Assembly (NCBI GenBank): GCA_043228905.1
Contig: JBHGNT010000007.1
Location: 22,010,001 to 22,074,000 of the forward strand
Reading direction: 5' to 3'
DNA from: Azolla caroliniana
Taxonomy: Eukaryota; Plantae; Polypodiophyta
DNA length: 64,000 nt
A model generated the notes under the pieces. The model had not been told where the DNA came from. It worked only from the letters and a program-made list of their open reading frames with translations, and ran no database searches. Position numbers and translations under genes: made by a program. Of the stretch, positions 61,949 through 64,000 are shown piece by piece (within the stretch, counting starts at the first letter, position 1; every line of letters begins with the position of its first letter).

Positions 61949-62002
61949 TATTACAATGGTAAAGTTGAGGTTTATCTACGTGGAGGTGTAGGGTTCGAAT
62001 CT
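61949..62002 (+). promoter_or_regulatory. tRNA-like A/B-box module in gypsy C LTR
   Basis: TATTACAATGGTAAAG...TGGAGGTGTAGGGTTCGAATCT; shares TGGAGGTG.A.GGTTCGAATC with the module of element A. Confidence 0.6.
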
Positions 62003-62071
62003 TGCCCTATGCATGTGATAAATATTTTGATATATTATTTATTTATTTATATGTATCTAAAATCGGATATA

Positions 62072-64000
62072 TTATTTTATGGTTTTCACGTAGTGTGTGG
62101 AATACACTATGACACTCGCCCCCTCCGAACCCGCACATCCTCCGGTATGTGCCGAAGTTCTCGATTCCTCATATCCGTCTTCACCCAAAGCTTCCTCCGA
62201 TTCTCCCCTTATGTCGACTATGAGTTGTAATTCACTTTCTTCGCTTCCCGCATCACCATGGTCTTCGTCCAATTGCTCCTCGTTGTCGGCCTTGGCGTGG
62301 ATCACATAGGGTTTGTCGTCGGTCCACTTCTTGAAAATCTTCACCCGCTTCCCGGCTATAGGCACTCGTAGTATTGTTCCATCCAACTCGGACAGTCGGT
62401 ACGTTCCGTTGTCGAAGACTTTCCAAACCTCGTATAGCCCGAACCACCTTTTCGCGAATTTCCGCATCGTTGTATGTTGATGGTCCAAACTACTGTCATA
62501 GACGATCACCCAATCTCCTTCTTCAATCCTCCTCGGTCGTAGTCGGTGCTTTGTGTCGAGCCGGCTTTTGTTCCGGAATCGTGCTTCTTGTTGTCGGGGT
62601 ATTGCTTCCGCTATGTCTGCCGGTCTTCCCTCTAGTTGTCGTATCCGGACTACTAGTAGTTCTTCCCGGCTCATCTCTTCCTTCCACGGTAGCACTGTCC
62701 ACGTTGCGATCGTGGTTTCCGTCGGCATTACCGGTGCTTGTCCGGTCATGAGTTCTGCCGGCATGCAACCGGTTACGGAGCTATGCGTCGTCCGATCCGC
62801 CCATAGTGCATACGGAAGCATCTGCGGCCAGTCCTTCACCTTTCCATCGCATGCCTTCGCAAGTGCTTTCACGATCGGACTATGTCCTCGTTCGATTTTC
62901 CCGTTGGCCTCCGGATTGTATGCCGTTGTCAGCGTTAACCGAACTCCGTGTTTGGCGAAGAATCCCCTAGTTTTGTCCGAGTCGAGTTCTCCCCGGTCCG
63001 CAATCACTTGTCCTACGCACCCGTACCTGCAAAATACTTCCTCCAAAAGAAATTGGCATACCGCGGAACACGTTTTCCTCTAAAGTGCTCGACCTTCTAC
63101 TTGATTCGTGAGATCTTCCCGAGCTAATACCAAGTATTTCTTTTGTCCGATCCCGGTCGGCATGGCCACTATGTCGACTATCCACTTGAAGTTGATTGTC
63201 GGTGAGAATGTCGGATGTAACTGATCTCGATGTCGAACCCCGGAGTAGACTTGACATTTCTCGCAGCTTTCCGTGAACTCCGCGACATCTTTGTACATTT
63301 TCTTCCACCAATATTTTTTCTTGATCTTCACAAATGTTGCCCATGTTCCTCGGTGTCCACCCCAATCGGATTCGTGAAACTCGGACATTATCCGGTTTCG
63401 TTGCTCTTTTGTCCCGACTACTCGAAGTGGTATACCATCCGTTCTTTTCGGCGCCCTCCATATTAATCCGTTTTCCAAGAAGAACTTTTGGACTTGCCTC
63501 TTCTTCCTTCGGATCTCGGCTCTTCTTCCTTTATCGTTTGTTGAGTCCTCGGCCTCTTGTAACATCTTTCCGATCATCAAGCTTTCTCCCTCGTATTCTT
63601 CTTCCCGGAATTCTCGGATTACGTTCACTCGGCATATGTGCTCCGACGCGAAGTAGTCTTCGGAAACTTCTTCATTATCCGATTCGGTTATGTCGTCTCC
63701 GAACCGAGCCCTTGATAACATATCTGCTACCGCGTTGTCCTTCCCCAAGATGTGTCGAACCTCCGGATTAAGCGACTTGACATATGCAACCCACCTTAGC
63801 ATAGCTACATCCGGTATCGTACAACACCGCATCATCCCGAGTATCGGAAGACAATCCATCTCGATCACCACTTCGGCTCCGATCAAATAATCCCGATCCG
63901 ATTTTATCGCTAACATGACTCCCCATAGTTCTCTTTTGACTTGTGCATATCCACGTTGCCTTTCGTTGAGAACCTTTGCTCCGAATCGGATCGGATACCG
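62072..64000 (-). pseudogene. pol: gypsy C pol (RNase H-integrase), one in-frame stop at 63080
   Basis: ORFs 63080-63916 and 62072-63046: IEMDCLP, ADMLSR, HESDWGGHRG..CEKC, ADRGE, ERGHSP. Confidence 0.9.

Larger units (their letters stand above)
61411..64000 (-). mobile_element. Ty3/gypsy element C (same clade as A and B), 3' end; LTR 61411-62114
   Basis: TGTCGTG...ATGACA LTR, PPT GGAGGGGGCGAG, RNase H and integrase homologous to element B; continues beyond the window. Confidence 0.92.

Overview
Gene-free, heterochromatin-like plant DNA, probably a non-seed land plant. That is an inference from a plant TDY-type MAPK exon, plant tRNA-Trp and tRNA-iMet primer sites, FLDD-type gypsy elements and a Sola2-like transposase. 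The backbone is a higher-order satellite built from tRNA-Cys(GCA)-derived units (25532-28920, 48911-61410, inverted remnant at 288-462). Nested among these blocks are: several Ty1/copia remnants; a non-autonomous LTR element whose 5' LTR holds two inverted copia halves; a ~17 kb Sola2-like DNA transposon with a two-intron transposase pseudogene and captured MAPK and beta-tubulin fragments; and Ty3/gypsy elements, two of which have 4-bp TSDs and tRNA-Trp PBS, one of them (38016-45080) intact and very young. Main observations: (1) the tRNA-Cys satellite; (2) tRNA-like A-box/B-box modules placed antisense and upstream of the TATA box in four LTR families; (3) a -1 frameshift signal (GGATTTT plus pseudoknot, with covariation) between gag-protease and RT in two diverged gypsy families; (4) three independent insertions 16-24 nt upstream of intact-type tRNA units. 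All comparisons were made by eye; no searches were run.
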